A stretch of DNA of 64,000 nt from an uncultured Collinsella sp. (GCA_902479145.1 CABSNR010000002.1:24393-88392); one strand, 5' to 3'; positions 1 through 10,503 are shown, counted from the first letter of the stretch. Program-made: numbers and translations. The notes: generated from the sequence alone by a model not told the origin.

Positions 1-47
1 ACGAGGCAGGACGCGCCGCCCAACAGCGCTTTATCGACTCACTGTAA
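1..47 (+). CDS. possible 3' end of an upstream CDS (partial)
   Basis: Open frame EAGRAAQQRFIDSL ending TAA at 45-47, followed by a GC hairpin and T-tract at ~94-135; too short to identify. Confidence 0.3.
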   Translation, partial: EAGRAAQQRFIDSL

Positions 48-50
48 TGG

Positions 51-81
51 TCCCTTGGGGACGGAGGAAAACAGATCATTT
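51..81. repeat. 31-bp interspersed repeat TCCCTTGGGGACGGAGGAAAACRGATCATTT, copy 1
   Basis: 30/31 identical to the reverse complement of 23049-23079. Confidence 0.85.
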
Positions 82-139
82 CGTCTTCAAGACAACGGCG
101 CCCGCCGGCAACATCGCCGACGGGCGCCGTTTTTTGAGT

Positions 140-197
140 GTAGTCATTGGGGACGTTCTTAAACGACTGGTCATTAAAGAACGTCCCCGATGACTAC
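140..197. repeat. REP-like palindrome GTAGTCATTGGGGACGTTCTT ... AAGAACGTCCCCGATGACTAC
   Basis: 21-bp arms (140-160, 177-197) with one mismatch; GTAG/CTAC ends; related copies at 4900-4940, 49664-49678, 50810-50855 and 58314-58326. Confidence 0.85.
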
Positions 198-457
198 CCC
201 AAGGAATGTCCCAGACTGCCGGCAGAAAAGGAACGTCCCTAACTGCCGCATCCGGAGCAAGACAACGCCGCAGGTAGAGGACGGACAGCGAGCGGGCCGC
301 ATTTGAGACAAGGTGACGCGAAACGAAAGGGCGCTGACCTTCTGGTCGCGCCCTTGAAGTTGAACGTCAGATTGTCCAAATGCGGCCCGCGCAGCGTCGA
401 CCGGTCCGCCGTTCGGTAGAACGGCGGAACCAATAGGTTTGGTAAAACCGCGTAACT

Positions 458-1393
458 CTAAAGCTCCGTTACTTCAACGTTGTTGAAGATCTCGTCCCAG
501 CGGTCCATGACCAGGTGGCCGGTCTTGGGATCCATGTCGTTGAGCTTGCCGCAGGTATTGGCGGTCTTGAGCACCGTGACGTCGTCGGCGCCGGCAGCAA
601 TGGCATGCGCAAAGCCGGCGATGGTCGAGTCACCGGAACCCGTCGCGTTCACAGCCGCAATCGCGGGCGTCTTGGCGCGGAACGCGCGACCCTCATGGAA
701 GCCCACCGAACCGGCAGCGCCCATCGAAACGACAACCCAGGGGATACCGGCAAAACGGTCATCGGCGGCAAGCGCCTCGCGCAGGGCATCGACATCATCG
801 GTCGTAAAGGACGTACCCAGCAGGCCGTTAATCTCGGTCAGGTTGGGCTTTACGAGCTCAGGCTTAGCGTCGGACTCAAGCGCGGCCTCCAGCGATGCAC
901 CCGAGGTGTCGAGCAGCACCTTGGCGCCCGCCTCCTCGGCGATCTTGACGAGCTCGGCATAGTAGCCGGCATCGACGCCACGCGGCAGCGAGCCCGAAAG
1001 CGTCACAACGTCCGCCTTCGCTGCAAGCTCGGCGAACTTGGCCGTAAAGGCCTCGAGCTCGGCCGGGGCGATCTGCGGGCCGCTCTCCAAAAGCTCGGTC
1101 TGATTACCCTCGTGCAGAATATTCAGGCAAATGCGCGTCTCACCGGCGATGGGCACAAAGTCGTTCTTGACGCCGTCGGCATCCATAAGCTCAGCCATAT
1201 AGGCACCCATGTGGCCGCCGAGCAGGCCAGTCGCGAGCACGTCGTCACCCAGCTGCAGCAGCACACGGCTCACGTTGAGGCCCTTACCGCCAGCAGTCTT
1301 TTCGGGCGTCACACGGTTCACGTCGTCGATGATCAACTTGTCGAGCTGATAGCGCGTATCAATCGACGGGTTCATGGTAACGGTCAGAATCAT
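458..1393 (-). CDS. lacC: tagatose-6-phosphate kinase (PfkB/1-PFK family), copy 1
   Basis: MILTVTMNPSID...AGGKGLNV, DTSG, KPNLTE, NATGSGDS PfkB motifs; last gene of the lacAB operon. Confidence 0.9.
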   Translation of the reverse strand: MILTVTMNPSIDTRYQLDKLIIDDVNRVTPEKTAGGKGLNVSRVLLQLGDDVLATGLLGGHMGAYMAELMDADGVKNDFVPIAGETRICLNILHEGNQTELLESGPQIAPAELEAFTAKFAELAAKADVVTLSGSLPRGVDAGYYAELVKIAEEAGAKVLLDTSGASLEAALESDAKPELVKPNLTEINGLLGTSFTTDDVDALREALAADDRFAGIPWVVVSMGAAGSVGFHEGRAFRAKTPAIAAVNATGSGDSTIAGFAHAIAAGADDVTVLKTANTCGKLNDMDPKTGHLVMDRWDEIFNNVEVTEL

Positions 1394-1449
1394 ATTGAAC
1401 TCCTGTTTCCGGGGCACGACACGCGCGGCCCCAAGCATACGATAGCTCG

Positions 1450-2331
1450 TTAAAGGATCTCGATCTCAAAGCCGCGGGTAACGGTCTCCCCCGGCTTGGC
1501 CACCAGGCAGCCGCGCTTGTGCTCCAGAATATCGTCCTCGTCGGAGCAGGTGGACAGGCCGCCCCACGGTTCCACGGCCACAAAGTCACCCTCGGGCTTG
1601 CTCCACACAATCAGGTACGGCATATCGGGAAACGTCAGGCGCACGCCCTTGTCCTCGGTCTTCTTGGTCAGCGTAACCACGCGGCTCTCGAGCACGTCAA
1701 AGATGGTCTCCGCGAAGTCAAAGAGTTCGTGGGTCAGCGGCAGGTCATGGCCAACCATCGGGTTCTTGCTGCGATGCTCAACATCAATCAGGCCCGTCGA
1801 GGGAACGGCAGTACAGAGCTCGGCGGCCTCGCGCTGCTCAAAACGGAGCTCGTAGTCGTCATAGGACTCGCCCTCGTCAAGCGGGCACTTAAAGCCAGGG
1901 TGACCGCCCACAAAGAACGGCATGTCCTCGGTGCCCTCATTGGTCACCTCGTACGACACGGCCACCTTTTCCGCATCGATCGTGTAACGAGCAACGATCT
2001 TAAACGGATACGGGTACTGCTCGAGCAACTCGGCATGGTCGGCAGAGCTTAGGCTCAGCGCGACCATGTTGTCGCTCTGTTCCTCGAGCTTCCACTCCTG
2101 TTTGCGCGCAAAGCCGTGGCGGGCGAGCTTAATCTCGCGGCCGCCCATGGTCATTGCGTGACCGTCGCGAAGGCCGCCGCAGATCGGGAAACAAATGGGT
2201 GCCTGGCCCGACCAGACCGCCGGGTCACCCTGCCACAGGTACTCACGGCCGTTGGCCGCAATAGAAGTGAACGATCCGCCAGCCGTGCTCAGCACTACGC
2301 GGATAGAACCGTTATCAAGAACAAACTCCAT
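1450..2331 (-). CDS. lacX: aldose 1-epimerase family protein (LacX-like), copy 1
   Basis: EYLWQGDPAVWSGQAPICFPICG, RHGFAR, GGHPGF, FVAVEPW motifs. Confidence 0.85.
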   Translation of the reverse strand: MEFVLDNGSIRVVLSTAGGSFTSIAANGREYLWQGDPAVWSGQAPICFPICGGLRDGHAMTMGGREIKLARHGFARKQEWKLEEQSDNMVALSLSSADHAELLEQYPYPFKIVARYTIDAEKVAVSYEVTNEGTEDMPFFVGGHPGFKCPLDEGESYDDYELRFEQREAAELCTAVPSTGLIDVEHRSKNPMVGHDLPLTHELFDFAETIFDVLESRVVTLTKKTEDKGVRLTFPDMPYLIVWSKPEGDFVAVEPWGGLSTCSDEDDILEHKRGCLVAKPGETVTRGFEIEIL

Positions 2332-2450
2332 AGGAGCCTTCCCTTTCTTACGACAGCCTGCCAAGTCAATAGGGCTGATAGCAAACCGGCCCGCGCCCCA
2401 TCACAGAAACGCGAGCCGTCAACGGACTAGTTAATTACGCCGGATACCCG

Positions 2451-2975
2451 CTAATCGTGGTATTCGCCGCGGTCCCACTTCTCGAGGAACTCGTCAAAGA
2501 AGTGCGGGTCGGCCTGAGCCTCGGCGTCGGCCTTGTTGCAGGCATCGATCTTGGCGATCAGGGCATCGTGCTCGGGGGTCTTCTCGTAGGGCTCCTCCAG
2601 GAAGGCAAGCATGATATCGGCCATCAGGAACTCGCCGGTAATCTTGCCGCCAAAGCCCACGATGTTGGCGTTGAGCTCGCGACGGGCATACAGGGCAGAG
2701 GTCATGTCGCGAACCAGGGCGCAGCGGGCGCCGGGAACCTTGTTGACGGCGTTGGTGATGCCGATGCCGGTGCCGCACAGGGCCACGCCAAAGTCGGCCT
2801 TGCCGCTGGCAACAGCCTCGCCCACGGCCTTACCGTAGATGGGATAGTGCGTACGGGTGTGGCTGTAGGTGCCGCAGTCGAGCACCTTGTAGCCAGCCTG
2901 CTCCAGGCGGTCGGCCAGATAGATCTTCTCGTCCGTAACGATATGGTCGCAACCGATTGCGATGGTCTTCTTCAT
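2451..2975 (-). CDS. lacB: galactose-6-phosphate isomerase subunit LacB
   Basis: [29 protein letters not shown]-terminal [16 protein letters not shown]. Confidence 0.95.
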   Translation of the reverse strand: MKKTIAIGCDHIVTDEKIYLADRLEQAGYKVLDCGTYSHTRTHYPIYGKAVGEAVASGKADFGVALCGTGIGITNAVNKVPGARCALVRDMTSALYARRELNANIVGFGGKITGEFLMADIMLAFLEEPYEKTPEHDALIAKIDACNKADAEAQADPHFFDEFLEKWDRGEYHD

Positions 2976-3038
2976 CAGAACGTCCTTTCGTCTGAATTCA
3001 CAAGTTGAGGTAGAAGTTCGAGTTCTCGGTGGCTCTCG

Positions 3039-3467
3039 TTAGGCCATCTTGTTGAGCATGTCGACACGGATCTGGTGACGGCCGCCGGCGTACTGCGCGC
3101 GCAGGAACTCGCGGGCGATCTTCTTGGCGACCTCGGTGCCCACAACGCCCGGGCCCATGGTGACCATGCGCGAGCCGTTGTGCTCGCGGGTCATGTAGGC
3201 GGAACGCTCGTCGGAAATGTTGGCGACGACCATGCCCTTAATCTTGACGGCGGCCATATAGGAGCCGACGCCGTACTTATCGAATGCGAAGCCCTGGGAA
3301 TCCTTGTGCTCCAGCAGGTCCTTGGCAACGGCGGTCGCGGAATCGACAAAGTCCGCGGCAGGGGTCTCGGAATAGTCGACGACCTCGTGACCGTCGGCGA
3401 TGAGCATCTCCTTGATGGACTCCTTCATCGACATACCGTCGGCATCGGAAGCGATTACAACCCTCAT
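3039..3467 (-). CDS. lacA: galactose-6-phosphate isomerase subunit LacA
   Basis: SDERSAYMTREHN, YAGGRHQIRVDMLNKM; adjacent to lacB. Confidence 0.95.
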   Translation of the reverse strand: MRVVIASDADGMSMKESIKEMLIADGHEVVDYSETPAADFVDSATAVAKDLLEHKDSQGFAFDKYGVGSYMAAVKIKGMVVANISDERSAYMTREHNGSRMVTMGPGVVGTEVAKKIAREFLRAQYAGGRHQIRVDMLNKMA

Positions 3468-3577
3468 GACATCCTCCTTGAGAGATACGCAGGTGCGTAG
3501 TTTCTGTTTGGAAGTGTTGAATCGCGTTCAGGTCCGGGCATCTGAATGTGCGGTTCTTCACTGTTCATGTTTATTTG

Positions 3578-3623
3578 AACACATTCGAACAGTAACTGCA
3601 ACAACTATTTGTTTATCTTTGTT
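3578..3623. promoter_or_regulatory. putative DeoR/LacR boxes (AACA-N6-AACA) upstream of lacA
   Basis: AACA at 3578 and 3588, TGTT at 3610 and 3620 (10-bp period); the same arrangement occurs upstream of lacF and lacR. Confidence 0.6.
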
Positions 3624-3638
3624 CTTTTTTGAACAAAT

Positions 3639-3670
3639 ATCGTTCACGGATGATTGCTGACCGTTTGAGC
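3639..3670. promoter_or_regulatory. ACCGYTYACSG-like tandem motif pair, 21-bp spacing
   Basis: ATCGTTCACGG at 3639 and ACCGTTTGAGC at 3660; both are degenerate. Confidence 0.45.
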
Positions 3671-3774
3671 CGGGCGCGGACGTAGCGACCATGTGTTCAA
3701 CAAACAAAAGGGCGGCCAAGAACGTGTCTCGGCCGCCCTTCGGCGGTATTCCCCGGTATATACAGCTGTTTTAG

Positions 3775-4806
3775 CTACTCGGACTGCCCACCCTTTTTGG
3801 CGTGCTTGGACGGAACACTCAGAAAGCGGCCCGTCAAATTGTTCGCCGGGCCAGAAATATCGATCCCCAGCAGCACGTGGCCCAGCCACAGGAACGCCAC
3901 GAGCACCAGCAGCGGGATAACGCACGAAGTCACGATCATCACGATGACGCCTTCGATTAGGTCGGTCACCTGCTGTACGATCTCATCGGTCATCTGCTTG
4001 GCGCCGCTGGTCACCGATGTGACGAGACCCGAGGCACCGTCGGCAAGCTGCTCAAGTACGTTTTTGGACTCTGTGGACTCGGATTTTTTCATGTTCGATT
4101 TTGAGCTGGTCTCGGCTGACTTGTCCGTGGTGTCGGCCGCATCCGCAGCGTCCGCGGCCTTTTGCTCAGCTTGCTCAATACTTACGCGATACGTTTCATC
4201 GACCTTTTGCGACACCCATACGCTCGCGGGCACGAGCGCCATGCCGATCACGGCAACCACCAGTACGCGCGTCGCCACACGGCGCAGAACGCCGCTCGTG
4301 CTCCAGCGCCCGTGAATGCCAAACGACACCGCAAAGAGCACCAACGCAAACGGGATTAAGATGCCCAAGCCAACCGACCACAAAATCGTGAGCAAATATT
4401 TCTCTAGGTAGAGCACGGCAAGCACAATACCAAGGTTGCCTGAAAGCTGTGCGAGCTGTTCGGCAACCGGCGTTCCCGTATCACCCGGCAGCGCCGTAAT
4501 ACCCGCAGATAGAGCAACGCATGAAGCCGTGAGCGCCAGTACGTTACCTTTCTTTTGATCGATGACCTCGATGGTGGAGTCCCAAGTTTTGGTATCGGCG
4601 AAATGCGGACGAGCTACAAAGCCCGACAGCAGCGCCAGTACCACGAGCGCAACGATAAAGCCAATCTGCAGCTTTTTGTTTGCGCACACGACATCGGACA
4701 GACTGGGCTGCAGCTCGGTTACCGTCGTGCGCTCGGTTATCTGGACAGGACGCCCATGAGCCATCTCGTGCGCGTCTCTTTTTTGTATTGACCCGTTATC
4801 CGGCAT
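3775..4806 (-). CDS. hypothetical multi-pass membrane protein
   Basis: 343-aa ORF with GGAGG RBS, several hydrophobic segments and a Ser/Ala/Lys-rich soluble linker. Confidence 0.75.
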   Translation of the reverse strand: MPDNGSIQKRDAHEMAHGRPVQITERTTVTELQPSLSDVVCANKKLQIGFIVALVVLALLSGFVARPHFADTKTWDSTIEVIDQKKGNVLALTASCVALSAGITALPGDTGTPVAEQLAQLSGNLGIVLAVLYLEKYLLTILWSVGLGILIPFALVLFAVSFGIHGRWSTSGVLRRVATRVLVVAVIGMALVPASVWVSQKVDETYRVSIEQAEQKAADAADAADTTDKSAETSSKSNMKKSESTESKNVLEQLADGASGLVTSVTSGAKQMTDEIVQQVTDLIEGVIVMIVTSCVIPLLVLVAFLWLGHVLLGIDISGPANNLTGRFLSVPSKHAKKGGQSE

Positions 4807-4899
4807 TTGGATACCTCCTCAGTCCGGCGTTTAATGCGAAAGGAAGTATACCCACCGAGCAAAAATCGAACGGGAAGACGAACAGAGCGCACCAAGACT

Positions 4900-4940
4900 G
4901 TCCCCAATGACTAGTCGTTTAAGAACGTCCCCAATGGCTA
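4900..4940. repeat. REP-like GTCCCCAATGRCTA repeat, two tandem half-sites
   Basis: GTCCCCAATGACTAG at 4900 and AAGAACGTCCCCAATGGCTA at 4921; matches the element at 140-197. Confidence 0.8.
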
Positions 4941-4970
4941 TCTCGGGATGAGTTGCGGGGAGGAGGACAG

Positions 4971-5004
4971 AAAAAGCCCTGCCGCGGGTAGCGGCAGGGC
5001 TTTT
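4971..5004 (-). terminator. intrinsic terminator of lacF (bidirectional shape)
   Basis: AAAAAGCCCTGCCGC-GGGTA-GCGGCAGGGCTTTT. Confidence 0.8.
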
Positions 5005-5031
5005 GGAAAGGGGCTTGGTTGTGAGGGCTCG

Positions 5032-5370
5032 TTAGGCGAGCTTGGCCTCGAGCTCGGCAATGCGCTTGTAGGCATCGATGGTAAAGCGGGCCTGCTTCTC
5101 CAGAATCATAGTGGTCATGAGGGTGTCCTGAGCGTGAGCCATGATGAAGGTCATCTCCATCTCGCCACCGCCGGCCTCCTGCGAAAGCAGCTTGGTCTGC
5201 GTGTCGTGGGCACCGATGAGCGCATCGCTGGCATCCTTGTGCAGCTGCTCGGCCTTCTCAAAGTCACCCTCGCGAGCAGCATCGAGCGCTGCAAGCAGAT
5301 CGGTCTGGGCGTCACCTGCGTATGCGACAATCTCGAATCCAACCATCGAGATTTCTTCTTTGGTTGCCAT
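5032..5370 (-). CDS. lacF: PTS lactose/cellobiose-family EIIA
   Basis: GFEIVAYAGDA, AHDTQTKLL, IMAHAQDTLMTT with the phospho-His. Confidence 0.92.
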   Translation of the reverse strand: MATKEEISMVGFEIVAYAGDAQTDLLAALDAAREGDFEKAEQLHKDASDALIGAHDTQTKLLSQEAGGGEMEMTFIMAHAQDTLMTTMILEKQARFTIDAYKRIAELEAKLA

Positions 5371-5458
5371 GTTGCGTTCCTTTCACATATGAACCAATGG
5401 AGAGCATCGCGTCCGGGCATACGCGCTGCGTTCTGTATGGCAGAAACAATAACATTCA

Positions 5459-5553
5459 AACAAAAAGGAACAATGCAAACCGTTATTTCGAGCCGTGAAC
5501 GGTCTTTTTTCGCCCGCGAACGGTTTCCAAACCATTTCGAACAATATCAAACA
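5459..5553. promoter_or_regulatory. lacF upstream region: AACA-N6-AACA boxes and 21-bp-spaced motif pair
   Basis: AACA at 5459/5469 and 5540/5550; CCGTGAACGGT at 5493 and CCGCGAACGGT at 5514. Confidence 0.6.
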
Positions 5554-5584
5554 TGATTAGCGGAAACCAAAACAGGACCGCACC

Positions 5585-6589
5585 CTAACGCAAATCGCGC
5601 ACCGTATCGCCCTCTACGAGCACACCGGGGATCAGCATGTGCTCCACGCCAGACGCACCCCCATCGGCGCCGGCAATCTTGTCGACCGCCCACATGCCGA
5701 CGCGCTTGTTGTCAAAGCGCACCGTGGTCAGGCGACGATCGGGCACGATATCGCCCAGACTATCGTCAACACCCACCACGCTCACGTCCTCGGGCACGCG
5801 CTTCCCGCGCGACTCGAGCCCACGGATGCAGCCATATGCCATGGCATCGTTGGAGGCATAAATGGCCGTACAGGTCGGATCGTCCGCCAGAGCCTGACCG
5901 GCAGCATACCCGCTCTGTGCCGTCCAATCGCCGCGCACGAGCTGCGGTGGCTCAATGCCATGCGCGCGCAATGTCTCGCGCCAGCCTTCCTCGCGCCGCA
6001 TGCCCGAAAGCGAGCGCTCGGGACACGAGATAAAGTGCACGGTCTTGTGCCCCCGCTCCAGCAAGTACTCGACCACCTGGCGCGAGCAATCGAACTGGTC
6101 GTTATCGACCGTTGAACAGAGCGGGTGCTCCAACATCGTAACGAGCACCGTCTGCATGCCGGGCAGCGGCTCGAAAGTGCCAAAATCCGCCGGCATGCGA
6201 TTCATGATCACAACCATACCGTCCACCGGCAGTGCGCTCATGCGCGACGATGCGCTCTCGAGGGTATACGGATGCCCGTCTACTTTAGTGAGGGTTATGG
6301 CGTAGCCGTGTTTGTCGGCGGCGGCGGCAAAGCCCTCCATACGGTCGAGGTTGCCGGTGCCGGTAATGTTGAACATGGCGACGCCGACGGTCTTAAACTT
6401 ACCGCGGCGCAGCGATCGACCGGCAAAATTGGGGCGATACCCCAGCTCGCGCATGGCGGCACGCACGCGCTCCTTGGTCTCTGGGCGCACGCTGGGCGAA
6501 TCGTGCACCGTACGCGAGACTGTCTGCTCCGAGACGCCCGCGAGACGCGCCACATCCTTAACGGAAACCGATTTTTTAACAGCGGCCAT
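5585..6589 (-). CDS. LacI-family transcriptional regulator (cassette 1)
   Basis: SVKDVARLAGVSEQTVSR HTH, YRPNFAGRSL hinge, VPEDVSVVGVDD. Confidence 0.93.
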   Translation of the reverse strand: MAAVKKSVSVKDVARLAGVSEQTVSRTVHDSPSVRPETKERVRAAMRELGYRPNFAGRSLRRGKFKTVGVAMFNITGTGNLDRMEGFAAAADKHGYAITLTKVDGHPYTLESASSRMSALPVDGMVVIMNRMPADFGTFEPLPGMQTVLVTMLEHPLCSTVDNDQFDCSRQVVEYLLERGHKTVHFISCPERSLSGMRREEGWRETLRAHGIEPPQLVRGDWTAQSGYAAGQALADDPTCTAIYASNDAMAYGCIRGLESRGKRVPEDVSVVGVDDSLGDIVPDRRLTTVRFDNKRVGMWAVDKIAGADGGASGVEHMLIPGVLVEGDTVRDLR

Positions 6590-6747
6590 AGGTCGATCTT
6601 TCTATGTCGACGATGCCATTGGTGGCACCCTACGCAGTCATTTTTAACGCCTTCAAGTATATCCAACGCCTCCCCCACCATACGCTCACCACCCAAAACC
6701 TACCGTTCACCGACATTTTTGCTTCCCCAAACGGCTTTTGGCGCCCA

Positions 6748-6884
6748 AATGTTAACGTTGCCATTGTGCAAACACAGAGCCACCGAGCGGCTCAAACGTT
6801 TACGCATAGGGAATCGACGGTTCGCAGGCACAGGAACCACCGGTTCGCGTCTTTTTTGTGTCACAAAATGGCAACGTCAACATT
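6748..6884. promoter_or_regulatory. two LacI-type operators of cassette 1
   Basis: AATGTTAACGTTGCCATT (6748-6765) and AATGGCAACGTCAACATT (6867-6884): near reverse complements with a central CG. Confidence 0.75.
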
Positions 6885-6945
6885 TTGGCAACCGAACGCC
6901 AAAAGCTACCATCGTTGTTAACCCACCGACTCTTAGGAGCATTGC

Positions 6946-8721
6946 ATGGAGCAACTTATCGCCATCATCGAAAAGGGCCAGCCCTTTTTCAACGCGATCG
7001 CCCGCAACAAGTACCTCAAGGCGATTCGCGACGGCTTTATCTCCGTCATCCCCATCATCATCTTCTCGTCCATCTTCTGCCTGGTAGCCTCGGTCCCCAA
7101 CATCTGGGGTTTCTACTGGCCCGATGACATCAACAACGCCCTGTGGAAGTGCTACAACTACTCCATGGGTATCCTGGCCATCGCCTGCGCCGCCACCACG
7201 GCCAAGCACTTCGCCGACGCTCAGAACCGCGATCTGCCCAAGAACAACCAGATCAACTTCATCTCGTGCATGTGCGCGGCCATCATCGGCTTCTTGCTCC
7301 TTTCGAGCGACACCATCGCCACGGACGCCGCCAGCGGCTTCAACACCACCTACCTTGGTTCCAAGGGCCTGCTGACCGCCTTTATCGCTGCGTTTGTGAC
7401 CGGCATCATCTACAAGTTCTTCATTAAGCGCAACATCACCGTCAAGATGCCCGAGCAGGTTCCGCCCAACATCTCGCAGACCTTTAAGGACATCATCCCC
7501 TTCTCCGTCTGCATCACCGTCTTTTGGGTTTTTGACATCGTCTTCCGCGCTGCTTTTGGCTTCTGCTTTGCCCAGGGTGTCATCCAGGTGTTCCAGCCCC
7601 TGTTCACCGCTGCCGATGGCTACATCGGCCTCGCTGTGATCTACGGCGCCATGAGCCTGTTCTGGTTCGTCGGCGTCCACGGCCCCTCGATCGTCGAGCC
7701 CGCCATCGCCGCCGCCCTTGTTGCCAACATGACCGACAACCTGGCCGCATTCCAGGCTGGCCAGCACGCTTCCGCTGTCCTGACCCAGGGTGCCCAGTAC
7801 TTCGTCGTCTGCATGGGCGGCACCGGCGCCACGCTCGTCCTGGTCTTTATGTTCTGCTTCCTGGCCAAGTCTCAGGAGATGCGCGCCGTCGGTAAGGCCG
7901 CCATCGTCCCCGTCTGCTTTGCCGTCAACGAGCCGCTGCTGTTCGCCGCACCCATCGTGCTCAACCCCGTCTTCTTTGTCCCGTTTGTCTTTGCTCCGAT
8001 CGCCAACATCTGGATCCTCAAGATCTTTATCGACTTCTTGGGCATGAACGGCTTTATGTACACCCTGCCTTGGACCGTCCCCGGCCCCATCGGCACCATC
8101 ATGGGCCTGGGCTTCCAGCCGCTCGCCTTTGTGATGCTCGCCATCATCCTGGTCGTCGACTTTGCCCTGTACTATCCGTTCTTCCGTGCCTATGACGCCC
8201 AGAAGTGCGCCGAGGAGGCCGAGATCTCCCAGGAGGAGCTCGCCGCCAAGAACGCCGAGAAGGCCGCCAAGCTCAACGATGCCTTCCAGGGCAAGGCCGA
8301 TGCCAAGAGCGTTGCCGCCGGCGCTGCTGCCGAGGCCGTGAAGGCCGATGCCCCCGCCGCTTCTGCAGCATCCGCTGCCGAGGCAACGACCGCCAGCGAC
8401 CTTAACGGCAAGCGCGTACTCGTGCTCTGCCAGGGTGGCGGTACCTCGGGCCTGCTCGCCAACGCGCTGGCCAAGGCTGCCAAGGAGCGCGGCATCAATC
8501 TTGAAACCGCTGCCGAGGCATATGGCAACCACGTGGACATGCTCCCCGACTTTGACCTGGTCGTCCTGGCCCCGCAGGCTGCCAGCTACCTGGCCGACCT
8601 GCAAAAGGACTGCGAGCGCGTGGGCAACAAGTGCGTCGCCTGCCGCGGAAAGCAGTACATCGAGCTCTCCCAGAACGGCGACAAGTCTCTCGCCTTCGTG
8701 AGTGAACAGCTTTCGAAGTAA
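6946..8721 (+). CDS. lacE: PTS lactose-family EIICB (cassette 1)
   Basis: NKYLKAIRDGF, FWFVGVHGPSIV, VNEPLLF, Ala-rich linker, EIIB VLCQGGGTS with the phospho-Cys. Confidence 0.93.
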   Translation: MEQLIAIIEKGQPFFNAIARNKYLKAIRDGFISVIPIIIFSSIFCLVASVPNIWGFYWPDDINNALWKCYNYSMGILAIACAATTAKHFADAQNRDLPKNNQINFISCMCAAIIGFLLLSSDTIATDAASGFNTTYLGSKGLLTAFIAAFVTGIIYKFFIKRNITVKMPEQVPPNISQTFKDIIPFSVCITVFWVFDIVFRAAFGFCFAQGVIQVFQPLFTAADGYIGLAVIYGAMSLFWFVGVHGPSIVEPAIAAALVANMTDNLAAFQAGQHASAVLTQGAQYFVVCMGGTGATLVLVFMFCFLAKSQEMRAVGKAAIVPVCFAVNEPLLFAAPIVLNPVFFVPFVFAPIANIWILKIFIDFLGMNGFMYTLPWTVPGPIGTIMGLGFQPLAFVMLAIILVVDFALYYPFFRAYDAQKCAEEAEISQEELAAKNAEKAAKLNDAFQGKADAKSVAAGAAAEAVKADAPAASAASAAEATTASDLNGKRVLVLCQGGGTSGLLANALAKAAKERGINLETAAEAYGNHVDMLPDFDLVVLAPQAASYLADLQKDCERVGNKCVACRGKQYIELSQNGDKSLAFVSEQLSK

Positions 8722-8787
8722 GTAACGCCCAGGGCCAGCCGACCATCCACAGCCGGCTGGCCCTTCGATCTAGACGATTGGATCATT

Positions 8788-10227
8788 ATGTCCGTTAATC
8801 CTGCTGGCGTAACCAACCCGCCTGCGCAGTTTCCCGAGGACTTTGTCTTTGGCGGCGCCACCGCTGCCTACCAGGTAGAGGGCGAGACCCGCACTCACGG
8901 TAAGGGCAAGGTTGCGTGGGACGACTTCCTGGAGGCCCAGGGCCGCTTCTCCCCCGATCCCGCTTCGGACTTCTACAACCAGTACCCCGTCGATTTGGAG
9001 CTGTGCGAGGAGTTTGGCATCAACGGCATTCGCCTCTCTATCGCCTGGAGCCGCATCTTCCCCAACGGTACCGGCGAAATCAACCCCGAAGGTGTCCAGT
9101 TCTATCACGATCTCTTCGCCGAGTGCCATAAGCACCACGTTGAGCCGTTTGTCACGCTGCATCACTTTGACACGCCGCTGCCCCTCTTTGAGAAGGGCGA
9201 CTTCCTCAACCGCGAGACCATCGACGCCTTTGTGGACTTTGCCACCTTCTGCTTTAAGGAGTACGCCGACCAGGTGACCTACTGGTTCACCTTTAACGAG
9301 ATCTGGGCCGACGCCTCCAACACCTACATCGAGGGCACCTTCCCCGGTGGCGTCAAGGCGCATCTGGCCGAAGCCTTCCAGTGCGAGCACAACATGATGC
9401 TCGCCCACGCCAAGGCAGTACTGGCCTTCCACAACGGTGGTTTTAAGGGCAAGATCGGCGTCATTCAGTCGTTGGAGTTTAAGTATCCGCTCAACGAGAA
9501 CGACCCCGCCGACATCAAGGCCGCCAACAACGAGCACGTGCTGCAAAACCAGTTCTTGCTCGACGCCACCTTCCGCGGCGACTATGCGCCCGACACCCTC
9601 GAGTGCGCCAACCGCCTGGCTGCCGTCTCGGGCGGCACCATCGAGATCCTAGACGAGGATCTGGAAATTATGCGCGAGGCCGCGCTCTACAACGACTACC
9701 TGGGCGTTAACAACTACCAGTGCCGCTTCTTGAAGGCTTACGACGGCGAGAACGACCTGCACCACAACGGTACGGGCGAGAAGGGCACTGGCCGCTGGCG
9801 CGTTAAGGGTATTGGCGAGCATGTGAACAAGCCTGGCATCCCCACCACCGACTGGGACTGGATCATCTATCCCGAGGGCCTGTTCGATCTGCTCGTCTAC
9901 ATTAAGCAGCGCTACCCCAACTACAAGCAGATTTTCATCACCGAGAACGGCATGGGCTACAAGGATCCCTACAAGGACGGTTTTGTGGACGACCAGCCGC
10001 GCATCGACTATATCGAGCAGCACCTGCGCTGGTTGCTCAAGGCCATGGAGGTGGGCGTCAACGTGGGCGGCTACTTCCTGTGGAGCCTGCAGGATCAGTT
10101 CTCCTGGACCAATGGCTACAACAAGCGTTACGGCTTCTTCTACGTTGACTTTGAAACCCAGAAGCGCACGCCCAAGGCAAGCGCATACTGGTATAAGCAC
10201 GTGGCGCAGACCCGTCGTCTGGACTAG
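8788..10227 (+). CDS. lacG: 6-phospho-beta-galactosidase, GH1 (cassette 1)
   Basis: FVFGGATAAYQVEG, TFNE acid/base, ITENG nucleophile, WSLQDQFSWTNGYNKRYG. Confidence 0.92.
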   Translation: MSVNPAGVTNPPAQFPEDFVFGGATAAYQVEGETRTHGKGKVAWDDFLEAQGRFSPDPASDFYNQYPVDLELCEEFGINGIRLSIAWSRIFPNGTGEINPEGVQFYHDLFAECHKHHVEPFVTLHHFDTPLPLFEKGDFLNRETIDAFVDFATFCFKEYADQVTYWFTFNEIWADASNTYIEGTFPGGVKAHLAEAFQCEHNMMLAHAKAVLAFHNGGFKGKIGVIQSLEFKYPLNENDPADIKAANNEHVLQNQFLLDATFRGDYAPDTLECANRLAAVSGGTIEILDEDLEIMREAALYNDYLGVNNYQCRFLKAYDGENDLHHNGTGEKGTGRWRVKGIGEHVNKPGIPTTDWDWIIYPEGLFDLLVYIKQRYPNYKQIFITENGMGYKDPYKDGFVDDQPRIDYIEQHLRWLLKAMEVGVNVGGYFLWSLQDQFSWTNGYNKRYGFFYVDFETQKRTPKASAYWYKHVAQTRRLD

Positions 10228-10287
10228 CGGCTTTCAACTAGCGGTTGGCGGAATTGCCCCGCTCACATAACCTGTCCCCATTTCTCA

Positions 10288-10331
10288 GCCGGGGGCGGCA
10301 CGTCACACGGCGCGCCGCCCCCGGCCTTTTT
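10288..10331 (+). terminator. intrinsic terminator after lacG1
   Basis: GCCGGGGGCGGC...GCCGCCCCCGGC followed by TTTTT. Confidence 0.8.
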
Positions 10332-10345
10332 GTGCAGGTCGGAAG

Positions 10346-10495
10346 CCGTTCGTCTCGATCTGTAACATCTAGCCGAGTTTTTGGGTCCTAGCTGTTACAG
10401 ATTGAGACGAACAGGATTGCTCTTTCCGAAGAATCTAAATCTGTAACACGTAGCCCGCTTTTGACCGTCTACCTGTTACAAATCGAGACAAACGG
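10346..10495. repeat. palindrome array TGTAACA-N25-TGTTACA, 2 units (alpha, beta)
   Basis: TGTAACA at 10361 and 10442, TGTTACA at 10393 and 10474; outer arms GTTCGTCTCGATC / GATTGAGACGAAC. Confidence 0.92.
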
Positions 10496-10503
10496 AGTAG
10501 GAC